This document shows positions 21,240 to 32,586 of a DNA stretch of 64,000 nt, piece after piece. Positions within the stretch are counted from its first letter, which is position 1. Each line of letters begins with the position of its first letter. The stretch comes from Candidatus Binatia bacterium (GTDB taxonomy: Bacteria > Methylomirabilota > Methylomirabilia > Rokubacteriales > CSP1-6). The notes under the pieces are model-generated. The model was not told the DNA's origin. It worked only from the letters and a program-made list of their open reading frames with translations, and did not search any database. The translations under genes were made by a program, and so were the position numbers. Where the stretch lies: positions 1,086-65,085 of the forward strand of contig DASPZZ010000251.1 of assembly GCA_035635995.1 (NCBI GenBank), read 5' to 3'.

Positions 21240-22685
21240 CTACGAGAGATCGACCCAGACGGTTTTGGTCTCAGTGTAGTGCTCGAGCCCAGCCGACCCC
21301 AGCTCACGCCCAAACCCCGACTCCTTGAACCCCCCAAACGGCAGCGCCGCGTCGAAGAGGTTGTAGGCGTTGACCCACACCGTGCCCGCCCGGATCGCGC
21401 GGGCCGCCTTGAGCGCCTTGGCGACGTCGCGGGTCCACACGGCGGCCGCCAGCCCGTAGGTCGTCGCGTTGCCCTCGGCGATCCCGTCCTCGATCGACTT
21501 GAACGGAATGACGGACAGGACGGGCCCGAAGATCTCCTCGCGGGCGATCTTCATCTGGTTGGTGACGCCGTCGAAGATCGTCGGCTCGACGAAGTAGCCC
21601 TTGCCCGAGCCGACGTTGGCGCGGCCGCCGCCGGCGACGAGTCGCGCGCCCTCCTTCTTACCCGCCTCGATGTAGCTGAGCACGGTCTCCATCTGTTGCC
21701 TGGACACGACCGGCCCCATGCGCGTCGCCTTGTCCATGGGATCGCCCACCTTGAGGGTCTTGACGCGGTCGGTGAGCTTGCCCATGAAGTCATCGTGGAT
21801 CTTGTCCTCGAGGAAGAGGCGCGAGCCGGCGGCGCAGACTTCGCCCTTGTTGTAGAAGATGCCGGTCAAGGCACCTTTCACGGCCGCTTCCATGTCGGCG
21901 TCGGCGAAGACGATGTTCGGCGACTTGCCCCCGAGCTCGAGCGAGATCCGCTTGAGGGTCCCCGCGGCCTCGCGCATGATCCCCTTGCCCACCTCGGTCG
22001 AGCCGGTGAAGGCGATCTTGTCCACGCGCGGGTCGCGCACCATCGCCATCCCGACCTGCCCGCCGGGCCCGGTGACGACGTTGAACACGCCCTCGGGCAG
22101 GCCCGCTTCCTGGCAGAGCTCGGCGAACCGCAGCGCGGTCAGCGGCGTCAGCGACGCCGGCTTGAGCACCACGGTGTTGCCGGCCGCGAGCGCCGGCGCG
22201 ATCTTCCACGAGGAGAGCAGGAACGGGAAGTTCCAGGGCACGATCGCGCCGATCACGCCGAGCGGCTGCCGGAGCGTGAAGGTGAACGCCGTCTCGCGCA
22301 GGGCGAGCGTCTCGCCGTGGATCTTGGTGGCCCAGCCCGCGTAGTACCGGAAGACCTCGGCCGCGAACGGGATCTCGACTTTTCCGGAGTCGAAGAGCGT
22401 CTTGCCCGTGTTGAGGCTTTCGAGCCGGGCCATCTCGTCGACGTTCTGCATGATGAGGTCGCCGAGCTTCCACACGATCCGCCCGCGCTCGGCCGCGCTC
22501 ATCCGCGGCCACGGTCCCGCGTCGAACGCCTTGCGGGCCGCGGCGACGGCGAGCTCGACGTCCCGCTCGTCGCCCCGCCCCACCTGCGCGCTCGTCTCCT
22601 CGGTCGCGGGGTTGATCGTGGCGTAGGTCGCGCCGGAGACCGGCGGACGCCAGCTGCCTGCGATGAAAAGCTGTCCCGTGTTCAT
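21240..22685 (-). CDS. NAD(P)-dependent aldehyde dehydrogenase
   Basis: 481 aa. ALDH signatures are present: FTGSTEVGK, ELGGKSP, EVCAAGSR (catalytic Cys), EEIFGPV. Confidence 0.92.
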   Translation of the reverse strand: MNTGQLFIAGSWRPPVSGATYATINPATEETSAQVGRGDERDVELAVAAARKAFDAGPWPRMSAAERGRIVWKLGDLIMQNVDEMARLESLNTGKTLFDSGKVEIPFAAEVFRYYAGWATKIHGETLALRETAFTFTLRQPLGVIGAIVPWNFPFLLSSWKIAPALAAGNTVVLKPASLTPLTALRFAELCQEAGLPEGVFNVVTGPGGQVGMAMVRDPRVDKIAFTGSTEVGKGIMREAAGTLKRISLELGGKSPNIVFADADMEAAVKGALTGIFYNKGEVCAAGSRLFLEDKIHDDFMGKLTDRVKTLKVGDPMDKATRMGPVVSRQQMETVLSYIEAGKKEGARLVAGGGRANVGSGKGYFVEPTIFDGVTNQMKIAREEIFGPVLSVIPFKSIEDGIAEGNATTYGLAAAVWTRDVAKALKAARAIRAGTVWVNAYNLFDAALPFGGFKESGFGRELGSAGLEHYTETKTVWVDLS

Positions 22686-22704
22686 GGCGTGACTCCCTCG
22701 GAGG

Positions 22705-24321
22705 CTACGGACGGTTCGGTGCGGTGGCGCGGTAGCCGACGACGGCGATCGGACGCAGGGCCAGGCGGTCGTGCATCAGGACGGTGAAGCCATCGCCGGC
22801 CTGCAGCGTCGTGAGCGCGCGGTCGGTGACGATGGCGACGGCGGGGGTGGCCCCGCCCACGACGTCGCGGAGGTTGCCGGCGGTCCCGGCCGGGACGACG
22901 GGTCGACGGAGATAGAACGCCAGCGGCATGTCGGCCAGGCCCAGGGTCGCGACGACCGGCGACTCGCGAAGGAGCGGCTTCATCCGCTCGCGGAGGCCGG
23001 GATAGTCGTAGGCGGCGTTCCGCCGCTCGAGCTCCCAGTGGTAGCCCCCCATGACCAGCACCGCGCAGCCGACCCACGCCGCCGCGAACGCGCGCGGCAG
23101 CCGCCGGTCGCGCGTCCCCGCGAGCAACGCGGCGGCCACCGCGCCCACCGTCGCGACGAGCACGAGCGTCTGGGCGACGTAGGCCGGCCAGACGATCGCG
23201 AGCTCGCTGAGCGCATTCCGCCGGAAGAACGCCCCGGCCACGCCGGCCGCCACGAGGAGGACGCCGACCGCCGCGCACACCCGCCATGGGACCCTCAGGG
23301 CGAAGCGCCGAGCGACGGCGTTCGACGCCCACCACCCGACCAGCAGGGCGACCGGCGCCACGAGCGGCAGGTAGTAGCGGAAGCGCTGCTGCTGCGAGAG
23401 CGCGATGGCGACCCACATCGTCGCGGACGATACGACGAGGAAGAAGACCGCGTCCCGCTCGACGCCGCGCTGGCGGAGGAACCGGACCGCCTCGACGAGC
23501 ACGATCGGCACCACGAACACCCACGGAAAGAGGATCCCGAAGGCGTTCTGCACGGGCTCGGCCACCATGCCCGGGCGTACGTCGTGCGGAAGGTACCAGA
23601 AGAGCTGGTTGTGGACGACCGCCTGGCGGAGACCTTCGGCGTGCCGGACGAGCCGGATCAGCGGCCAGGGCGCGACGATCGCGGCCAGGAGCGGCAGCCC
23701 GAGCGGCAAGCTCAGCGCGCGCCACCGCCCGGGACTGCGACCGACGGCCGCCCAGGCAAGCGCCACGATGAGCGGCATGAAGCCCCCCGGGCCTTTGGCC
23801 CAGAACGCGAGGCCGACGAACACGTAGAAGCCGAGCCACGCCCGGGGCGCGCCGCGCGCCATCCGCCAGAGCATCCAGAGGCTCGCGGTGATGAACACCG
23901 TCATGAGCATGTCGGGCATCGGCAGCCGCCCGTGGAGGAAGAACCCCTGCGTGGTGATCGCGGTCAGCGCCGCGTACTTCCCCGCCGCAGCACCGAACAT
24001 CTCGCGGCCGAGGCCGAAGATCAGGAGCGCGGTGGCGAACGCGGCCAGCGCCGAGGGGATCACGGCGGTGAACTGCGTCACGTAGCCGAGCGGCCAGGAC
24101 GCCAGCGCGATGAGCCACGCCAGGAGGAGCGGCTTGTTGTGGTAGACGGCCCCGTTGAGGGTCGGGAAGAGCCAGTCGCTTCGCGTGAGGATGTCCTGCG
24201 CCAGAAGCGGGAACCGCGCCTCGTCGTTGCTCGTGAGGATGCGGCGTCCCACATCCACCCCGACCATCACCGCCGCGCCCCCGATCACCCAGAGCAGCGC
24301 GCGCCAGTCACGCCCGATCAC
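22705..24321 (-). CDS. ArnT/PMT-like membrane glycosyltransferase (GT39/GT83 type)
   Basis: 538-aa polytopic membrane protein. The N-terminal loop motif is NDEARFPLLAQDIL...YHNKPLLLAWLIAL, typical of lipid-linked-sugar transferases. Confidence 0.75.
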   Translation of the reverse strand: MIGRDWRALLWVIGGAAVMVGVDVGRRILTSNDEARFPLLAQDILTRSDWLFPTLNGAVYHNKPLLLAWLIALASWPLGYVTQFTAVIPSALAAFATALLIFGLGREMFGAAAGKYAALTAITTQGFFLHGRLPMPDMLMTVFITASLWMLWRMARGAPRAWLGFYVFVGLAFWAKGPGGFMPLIVALAWAAVGRSPGRWRALSLPLGLPLLAAIVAPWPLIRLVRHAEGLRQAVVHNQLFWYLPHDVRPGMVAEPVQNAFGILFPWVFVVPIVLVEAVRFLRQRGVERDAVFFLVVSSATMWVAIALSQQQRFRYYLPLVAPVALLVGWWASNAVARRFALRVPWRVCAAVGVLLVAAGVAGAFFRRNALSELAIVWPAYVAQTLVLVATVGAVAAALLAGTRDRRLPRAFAAAWVGCAVLVMGGYHWELERRNAAYDYPGLRERMKPLLRESPVVATLGLADMPLAFYLRRPVVPAGTAGNLRDVVGGATPAVAIVTDRALTTLQAGDGFTVLMHDRLALRPIAVVGYRATAPNRP

Positions 24322-25916
24322 GGCGTGAGGACGCGCCCCGTGCCGGAGGGCTTCATGCGGCCGCCGTCCACGACCACGGCGCCGTTGACGACCACGTAGG
24401 GGATGCCCGTCGGGTAGCGGTGGGGATCAGCGAAGGTGGACTCGTCCTTGACGGTGCGGGGATCGAAGATCGCGAGGTCGGCGGCGTTGCCCTCACGCAC
24501 GAGTCCCCGGTCCCGCAGGCGAAGCCGCGCGGCGCACATCCCGGTCATCTTATGGACGGCCGTCTCCAGCGGGAACAGCTTTTGCTCGCGGGCGTACTCG
24601 CCGAGCACGCGCGGGAATGTGCCGTACGTGCGCGGGTGGGGCTTGCCCGGGCGGTCGCCGTCGCCCGCGTAGAGCGGGATCGAGTCGGAGCCGATCATGA
24701 GCAGGGGATGCGCGAGCACCTTGGCCACGTTCTCGATGCTCTGCGAGAAGCTGATCATGCCGACCGTGCACTTCTCCTCCAGGAGCAGGTTCATCAGCGT
24801 CTCGGCGGGCGCCATACCCGACTGGCGCGCGATCTGGGCGAGGCTCAGGCCTTCCACCTCACGCCGGCGGCAGGTGGCGATGAAGACCTGGTCGAATCCG
24901 ATCCCGCCCTGCGAGACCGTGCCCCAGCGCTCGCCGTCGATCAGGCACTCCTCGACAATGCGGCGCCGCATCGCGCGGTCGGCGAGCCGCTCGAGCAGCT
25001 TCGCGATGCCCCCGTCGTGAGCCCAGGTCGGCATCATGTTGTCGAGCTTCGTGCTGCCCGCGTTGTAGGGATACACGTCGCCGAGGACATCCACGCCGCG
25101 CGCCCGCGCCGTCTCGAACAGGCGCAGCGCGGCGTCGATCTTCGTCCAGTTCTCCCGGCCGGAGGCCTTCACGTGCGAGACCTGCACGCCGACACCCGCC
25201 TCCTCGCCGATGCGAATCGCCTCGTTGATGGAGTCGAGGAGCATCGAGGACTCGCCGCGGATATGAGAAAAGTAGTAGCCGCCCCGCGGAGCCATCGCCT
25301 TGGCCAGGGCGATCAGCTCGGTGGTGTCGGAATAGGCGCTGGGCGCATAGACGAGACCCGTCGAGAAGCCGAACGCGCCGGCGTCCATCGCCTCGCCGAG
25401 CAGTCGCTGCATCCCTTCGAGGTCGTCGGCGCCGGCCGGCCGCGCCTCGAACCCCATGGCCGCGATGCGCAGGGCGCCGTGACCGACGAAATGCGCGATG
25501 TTCACGGCGGGACGGAGCGCGCGCAGCGCGTCGAGGTACTGCGCGAAGGACTCCCAGCGAAGGTCGAGGCCGGCGCCGATGCCGCCCGCCCAGCCCTGCA
25601 CGATCTCGCGCTGGTCGGGACGCAGCGGCGCCTGCGAGAAGGAGCACATCCCGACGACTTCGGTCGTCACGCCCTGCCGCACCTTCGACTCCGCCGACGG
25701 ACAGGCGAAGTAGAAGAGGTCGGAATGCGAGTGCATGTCGATGAAGCCCGGCGCCACCGCGTACCCGGCGGCGTCGATGACGCGCGTGGCCTCACCAACG
25801 AGCCGCGGCGCGACGGCGACGATCCGGTCGCCCTCGACGGCGACGTCCGCCGGCCGCGCGGGCGCGCCGGTGCCGTCGATCAGCGAGCCGTTCCGGACGA
25901 GGAGCGACCAGGCCAC
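24318..25916 (-). CDS. D-aminoacylase / N-acyl-D-amino-acid deacylase family amidohydrolase
   Basis: 532 aa. The metal motif is PGFIDMHSHSD, and the overall pattern is that of the D-aminoacylase family. ATGA overlap with the next gene. Confidence 0.8.
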   Translation of the reverse strand: MAWSLLVRNGSLIDGTGAPARPADVAVEGDRIVAVAPRLVGEATRVIDAAGYAVAPGFIDMHSHSDLFYFACPSAESKVRQGVTTEVVGMCSFSQAPLRPDQREIVQGWAGGIGAGLDLRWESFAQYLDALRALRPAVNIAHFVGHGALRIAAMGFEARPAGADDLEGMQRLLGEAMDAGAFGFSTGLVYAPSAYSDTTELIALAKAMAPRGGYYFSHIRGESSMLLDSINEAIRIGEEAGVGVQVSHVKASGRENWTKIDAALRLFETARARGVDVLGDVYPYNAGSTKLDNMMPTWAHDGGIAKLLERLADRAMRRRIVEECLIDGERWGTVSQGGIGFDQVFIATCRRREVEGLSLAQIARQSGMAPAETLMNLLLEEKCTVGMISFSQSIENVAKVLAHPLLMIGSDSIPLYAGDGDRPGKPHPRTYGTFPRVLGEYAREQKLFPLETAVHKMTGMCAARLRLRDRGLVREGNAADLAIFDPRTVKDESTFADPHRYPTGIPYVVVNGAVVVDGGRMKPSGTGRVLTP

Positions 25917-25919
25917 CCG

Positions 25920-26390
25920 CTATTCCTCCGTGATCGTGACCGACGTCATCCGGTCTCCCTGCTTGATGCGGTCGACGTGCTCCATGCCCGACACCACGCG
26001 TCCGAACACCGTGTACTGGCCGTCGAGGTGCGCCGTCGGCCCGTAGCAGATGTAGAACTGGCTACCGGCCGAGTCCGGGTCCTGGCTGCGCGCCATCGCC
26101 AGCGTTCCCCGCAGGTGCTTCTGCTTGTTGAACTCCGCCTTGACCTGGTAGCCGGGACCGCCCGTGCCGTTCCCCTTCGGGCAGCCGCCCTGCACGACGA
26201 AGTCGGGGACGACCCGGTGGAAGTTGAGCCCGTTGTAGAAGCCCTTCTTCGCCAGCGTGACGAAGTTTTCGACGGTCTTCGGCGCGTCCTCCGGGTAGAA
26301 CTCCAGCCGGATCTCGCCGCCCTTCTCGAGCGTGATGACTGCGGTCTGTTTCACCAAGGTCTCGCTTTCTGAGTCGCGGTCGGGGGGCAT
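25920..26390 (-). CDS. peptidyl-prolyl cis-trans isomerase, cyclophilin type (cytoplasmic)
   Basis: 156 aa with FHRVVPDFVVQGG and SQFYICY, and no signal peptide. Confidence 0.9.
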   Translation of the reverse strand: MPPDRDSESETLVKQTAVITLEKGGEIRLEFYPEDAPKTVENFVTLAKKGFYNGLNFHRVVPDFVVQGGCPKGNGTGGPGYQVKAEFNKQKHLRGTLAMARSQDPDSAGSQFYICYGPTAHLDGQYTVFGRVVSGMEHVDRIKQGDRMTSVTITEE

Positions 26391-26418
26391 CCGCGCCCGA
26401 CGTTCGGCGAGTCAACCC

Positions 26419-26955
26419 TCATGGGCTAACACTCTTGATCGACTTCACGCGGTCGCCGACCTTGATCTTGTCGACGACCTCCATGCCGCTGACCACCCGG
26501 CCGAACGCGGTGTACTGGCCGTTGAGATGGCCGGCGGGACCGAGCATGATGTAGAACTGGCTGCCCGCCGAGTCGGGTTCGTTCTTTCGGGCCATCCCGA
26601 GCATGCCGCGGTCGAACTTACGGTTGTTGAACTCGGCCTTGATCGTGTACCCGGGCCCGCCGGTCCCCATGGCCGGATGATCCATCGCGAGCGTCTTCGA
26701 CTGCGGGTCGCCGAGCTGGACCACGAACCCCGGCTCGACGCGATGAAACCGCTGGCCGTCGTAGAACCCCGCCCGCGCCAGCTTGAGGAAGTTCTCGACG
26801 TGCTTCGGCGCGTCGGCCGGGAAGAACTCCAGCGTGATCTCGCCGCCATTTTCGAGCGTGACCACGGCCGTCGGCGGCTTGACGACCGGCCTGTCCTGGG
26901 CCAGCGCCGGCGCGGTGACGAGGACCGCCACGACGAGGGCGAGCAGACGATTCAT
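26419..26955 (-). CDS. peptidyl-prolyl cis-trans isomerase, cyclophilin type (secreted)
   Basis: 178 aa. It has a signal peptide (MNRLLALVVAVLVTAPALA) and the cyclophilin core (FHRVEPGFVVQLG, SQFYIML). Confidence 0.9.
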   Translation of the reverse strand: MNRLLALVVAVLVTAPALAQDRPVVKPPTAVVTLENGGEITLEFFPADAPKHVENFLKLARAGFYDGQRFHRVEPGFVVQLGDPQSKTLAMDHPAMGTGGPGYTIKAEFNNRKFDRGMLGMARKNEPDSAGSQFYIMLGPAGHLNGQYTAFGRVVSGMEVVDKIKVGDRVKSIKSVSP

Positions 26956-27104
26956 GCGGACGACCTCCAGCGGCGGTGCGGGCTGCAGGCCGTCGCGGGG
27001 CTGGGGCCCCGCCGGCCGAGGCGCGCCTCTAAGTTATCGATGAGAGCGTCATTATACATGCTCGGTCGGCCGGGACGGTCACTCCGGCGTGATAGGATGG
27101 AGCG

Positions 27105-28904
<1,800 letters not shown>

Positions 28905-28932
28905 CTTTTCTCTGTCGTGAAGCCGGTCGGCT

Positions 28933-28969
28933 GGAGGCGGACGGCCCCCGGCGCCACCCGTCCGACTCC
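28933..28969 (+). terminator. possible stem-loop terminator downstream of typA
   Basis: GGAGGCGGACGG (28933-28944) pairs with CCGTCCGACTCC (28958-28969) at 11/12 bp, with a 13-nt loop. There is no U tract, so the call is weak. Confidence 0.3.
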
Positions 28970-29028
28970 GCTGCTCGCGCATTCCAGTGATCAAGGCTAG
29001 AAGCGCCGTCGGTTCCGCGCGGGCGTAG

Positions 29029-30615
29029 ATGCTGCTGAGCAACGGGCGGATCTACACGATGGACCCTCGCAATCCGATCGTCGATACGCTGGTCGTGCGC
29101 GACGCGCGGGTTGCGTTTGCGGGGCGCCGGAGCGAAGTGAATGTTCCTGCGGCGGAGGCGGTGGTCGATCTCGAGGGCCGCGCGGTGCTGCCGGGGCTCG
29201 TCGATGCTCACGGACACCTGATGCACCTGGCGCGGGGGCGGCTGACGCTTGATGTGGGAGGGGCGGGTTCCGAGGCGGAGGTTGCGGAGCGGGTGGCGGC
29301 GCGGGCGGCGGCGACGCCGCGGGGCGAGTGGCTGGGCGGGCGCGGATGGGATCAGAACCGATGGAGCGATCGGCAGTGGCCGGCGAAGGCCTCGCTCGAC
29401 CGGGCGGCGCCCTACCATCCAGTCGCGCTCACGCGGATCGACGGCCACGCGACGTGGGCGAACTCTCCGGCGCTGACCGCCGCCGGGATCGACCGCGCGA
29501 CGCCCGAGCCGAGCGGGGGCCGGATCCTGAAGGACGCGCGCGGCGAGCCGACGGGCGTGCTGGTCGACACGGCCCAGCGTCTGATCCAGCGCACCGAGCC
29601 GCGGCCCTCCCCGGAGCGCTTCGACCGGGCGGTGGGCGAGGCGATCGACGAGTGTCTGGCGGCGGGCCTGACGGGCATCCACGAGATGGGCGTCGAGCTT
29701 TACGCCCTCGCCTCGTACCGCCGGCTCGTCGAGCGCGGTCGCTTTCCGTTTCGGAACTACGCCGCGGTCGCCGCGCGCTCGGAGACGACGTGGGCCCATT
29801 ACCGCGAGCGCGGCCCCGAGACGATCGGCGACGGGCGCGTCGCGGTGCGCGCGCTCAAGCTGATGGCCGACGGCGCGCTCGGCTCTCGGGGTGCCGCGCT
29901 CCACGATTCGTACTGCGACGACCCGGGCAACACGGGGCTCGTGCTGATCCCGCCCGATGAGATCCAGCACCTGACGCTCGAGGCGGCCGCGCTGGGCTTC
30001 CAGGTCTGCGTCCACGCCATCGGCGACCGCGCGAACACGCTGACGCTCGACGCGCTCGAGGCGACGCTCGCCCGGGGCCCATGGCCCGACCACCGCTTTC
30101 GCGTCGAGCACGCCCAGATCCTGACCGAGCGCGACATTCCGCGCTTCCGCCGGCTCGGCGCCTTGCCGAGCATGCAGGCGACCCACTGCACCTCCGACAT
30201 GGAGTGGGCGGCCGAGCGGCTCGGCCCGGAGCGGATCCGGGGTGCCTACGCCTGGCGCTCGCTGCTCGCCACCGGCGTCATCATCGCGGGCGGCTCGGAT
30301 TTCCCCGTTGAAAGCCCGAGCCCGTTTCACGGCATCTACGCCGCGGTCGCACGGCGCCCGCGCAGCGGCGACGATCGCGGCTGGCAGCCGGAGCAGCGGA
30401 TGACGCGCGAGGAGGCGGTGCGCTCGTTCACCGTGTGGAACGCGTACGCGTCCCGCCAGGAAGCGGAGCTCGGCTCGCTCGAGCCCGGCAAGCGCGCCGA
30501 TCTCGTCGTCCTCTCGGACGACGTGTTCACCTGTCCGGAGGCGCGCATCAAAGACGTCACGCCCGTCCTGACGCTCATCGACGGCCAGGTCGTTTTCCAG
30601 CAGTCGCCCGCGTAG
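29029..30615 (+). CDS. amidohydrolase-family metal hydrolase (YtcJ-like, amidohydrolase 3)
   Basis: 528 aa with PGLVDAHGHL at the N-terminus, VCVHAIGD, and GSDFPVE near the C-terminus. Confidence 0.8.
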   Translation: MLLSNGRIYTMDPRNPIVDTLVVRDARVAFAGRRSEVNVPAAEAVVDLEGRAVLPGLVDAHGHLMHLARGRLTLDVGGAGSEAEVAERVAARAAATPRGEWLGGRGWDQNRWSDRQWPAKASLDRAAPYHPVALTRIDGHATWANSPALTAAGIDRATPEPSGGRILKDARGEPTGVLVDTAQRLIQRTEPRPSPERFDRAVGEAIDECLAAGLTGIHEMGVELYALASYRRLVERGRFPFRNYAAVAARSETTWAHYRERGPETIGDGRVAVRALKLMADGALGSRGAALHDSYCDDPGNTGLVLIPPDEIQHLTLEAAALGFQVCVHAIGDRANTLTLDALEATLARGPWPDHRFRVEHAQILTERDIPRFRRLGALPSMQATHCTSDMEWAAERLGPERIRGAYAWRSLLATGVIIAGGSDFPVESPSPFHGIYAAVARRPRSGDDRGWQPEQRMTREEAVRSFTVWNAYASRQEAELGSLEPGKRADLVVLSDDVFTCPEARIKDVTPVLTLIDGQVVFQQSPA

Positions 30616-30794
30616 GGTTCGGCCGGGTCCGCACGGGCAGGCAGGCGGGCAGGGTCGCGAGGACCACGCGGCACGCGTGCGGTGCTCCTCGGCGGCTGGG
30701 CTCCATCCAGGCGCGCGACGCCCGCCGCCGCGTTACGGGAACGGGTCCCTGCGACCCTGCCCACCTGCCTGCCCGTGCGGACCCGGCCGAACCC
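30615..30794. repeat. 180-bp GC-rich inverted-repeat element filling a convergent intergenic gap
   Basis: Arms 30615-30658 and 30751-30794 are complementary at 43/44 positions, plus 5 further bp after a 2-nt internal loop. The ~80-nt centre contains the 10-bp palindrome GCACGCGTGC. The element starts at the G of the upstream TAG and ends 3 nt before the EamA stop. Confidence 0.9.
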
Positions 30795-30797
30795 GTT

Positions 30798-31733
30798 TCA
30801 GAGCTGGAGGACGGCGATGCCGGCGATGGTGATGGCGATGCCGAGGAGGGCGTGGGGGGTCAGCCGCTCGCCGAGGAAGATCACGGCCAGGGGGATCGCG
30901 AACATTGGGGCTGTGGACGAGAGGACTGAGGCGACGGCGACACCGGCGTGCTTGACGCCGGCGACGAACATGACCGAGCTCACCGAGGTGAGCGCGCCCA
31001 GCACGACGATGCGGACCCGCGCGCCCCGGCTGCTGAGCGCGAGCGCCCGCGGCGCCGAGCGCGCCCACGGTGTCAGCCAGAGCGCCGCCGAGGCGAGCGG
31101 CAGCCGGATCGCCTGCGCGGTGACCGCGTCCGTCTCGGCGAGCGCCGGCTTGAGGAGGACGGTCGAGACCGCCCAGGCGAGCGAGGCGATCGCCGCCGTC
31201 CCCACGCCGAACCAGAAGCGCTCTTCCGGCGCGCGCTCGGCCCACGGCGCGACGATGAGGACCAGACCGGCCAGCGTGACGAGCGCTCCGACGGCGATGG
31301 GGAGGGTGACCGGCTCGCCGAGGAAGACGGCGGCGATCGCGGCGGCCCCGAGCGGATAGGTCGTCGAGATCGTCATCGCGCGGGCGAGGCCGAGGGCGCG
31401 CGTGCTCTCGAAGAACACCGTGTCGCCGAGCGCGATCGCCATGACGATCGAGAGCGCCAGAAGAACCCACGCGGTCGTCGAGATCGCCGTGAACGCCCCG
31501 GCGCCGGCCGTCGCGAGCACCCAGACGACGAGGAGCGCGCCCCCGATCGTCGAGCGGATGGCGTTGACGGCCACCGAGCCGAGCTCGGGCATCAGGGAGC
31601 GCGCCAGAAGGCTCGTCACCGCCCACGCCATCGCCGCGCCGAGCGAGGCGAGGGCACCGAGTGTCGTCTCGGCGATCACCTCGGGGGAGTATCCGCTCGA
31701 CAACCCGGGCGGCGCACGGCGAAGATCATACAC
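30798..31733 (-). CDS. EamA/DMT-family transporter
   Basis: A ten-TM-like hydrophobic protein with duplicated EamA halves. The start is uncertain: the GTG at 31733 abuts the divergent gene, and the GTG at 31679 is an alternative. Confidence 0.75.
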   Translation of the reverse strand: MYDLRRAPPGLSSGYSPEVIAETTLGALASLGAAMAWAVTSLLARSLMPELGSVAVNAIRSTIGGALLVVWVLATAGAGAFTAISTTAWVLLALSIVMAIALGDTVFFESTRALGLARAMTISTTYPLGAAAIAAVFLGEPVTLPIAVGALVTLAGLVLIVAPWAERAPEERFWFGVGTAAIASLAWAVSTVLLKPALAETDAVTAQAIRLPLASAALWLTPWARSAPRALALSSRGARVRIVVLGALTSVSSVMFVAGVKHAGVAVASVLSSTAPMFAIPLAVIFLGERLTPHALLGIAITIAGIAVLQL

Positions 31734-31734
31734 C

Positions 31735-32577
31735 GTGAAGTTCGTCGTCTACGCCGCGGTCCTCGCCGGTGCATTCGTGCTGCTGAGCCTCGGGAGCTTC
31801 TGGCTCGCCGTCCGCCCGCCGCGCGTCACCATTCCTCTCGGGCCCGAGGACTTCCGGCTGACCGTCGAAGCGGTGACGATCACGGCCGACGACGGCGTCA
31901 GGCTGGCCGCGTGGCTGCTGCCCCGCGCGGGCGCGCCGGCGGTCGTGCTGCTCCACGGCTATCCCGCCGAGAAGGCCGACCTGCTGCCGATCGCCGCGGC
32001 GCTGGCCCCGCGATTCACCGTCCTCCTCCTCGACCAGCGGTATTTCGGGAAGAGCGGCGGCCACGCGACCACGATCGGATTCCGCGAGCGCGCCGATCTG
32101 CGGCGGGCGATCGACTTCCTCGCCGCGCGGGGCGTTCGAGAGGTCGGCGTCTTCGGCTTCTCGCTGGGCGGCGCCGTCGCGCTGCTGACCGCCGCCGAGG
32201 ACCCGCGGATCCGCGCCGTCGCGGCGTACGCTCCGTTCGCGGATCTCCGGACGCTCGGCTACGAGCTGTACGGCTGGCTCTGGGTGCTCAAGTACCCTTT
32301 TGTCGGGCTCCTGCGCGGCTGGTCGTGGCTGTTCCTCGGCCACGACATCACCGCGGTCTCGCCGGAGCGCGCCGCCGCGGCGCTCTCGATTCCGGTCCTG
32401 CTCGTCGCGAGCCGCGAGGACGAGCAGATTCCCTTCGCCCACGCCGAGCGGCTGCGCCGGGCGCTCGCCGGCAACGCGCGGACCGAAGTCGTGTTCATGG
32501 AGCGGGGCCGTCACGGCGAGCTGCCGCCGGGGTTCGACGCGCGCCTCGCGCAGTTTTTCCTGTTATACCTGAGGTGA
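31735..32577 (+). CDS. membrane-anchored alpha/beta hydrolase
   Basis: 280 aa from GTG 31735. It has an N-terminal TM (VKFVVYAAVLAGAFVLLSLGSFWLAV), the nucleophile elbow GFSLGG and the HG box VLLHG. Confidence 0.75.
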   Translation: MKFVVYAAVLAGAFVLLSLGSFWLAVRPPRVTIPLGPEDFRLTVEAVTITADDGVRLAAWLLPRAGAPAVVLLHGYPAEKADLLPIAAALAPRFTVLLLDQRYFGKSGGHATTIGFRERADLRRAIDFLAARGVREVGVFGFSLGGAVALLTAAEDPRIRAVAAYAPFADLRTLGYELYGWLWVLKYPFVGLLRGWSWLFLGHDITAVSPERAAAALSIPVLLVASREDEQIPFAHAERLRRALAGNARTEVVFMERGRHGELPPGFDARLAQFFLLYLR

Positions 32578-32586
32578 CCCAAAGCC

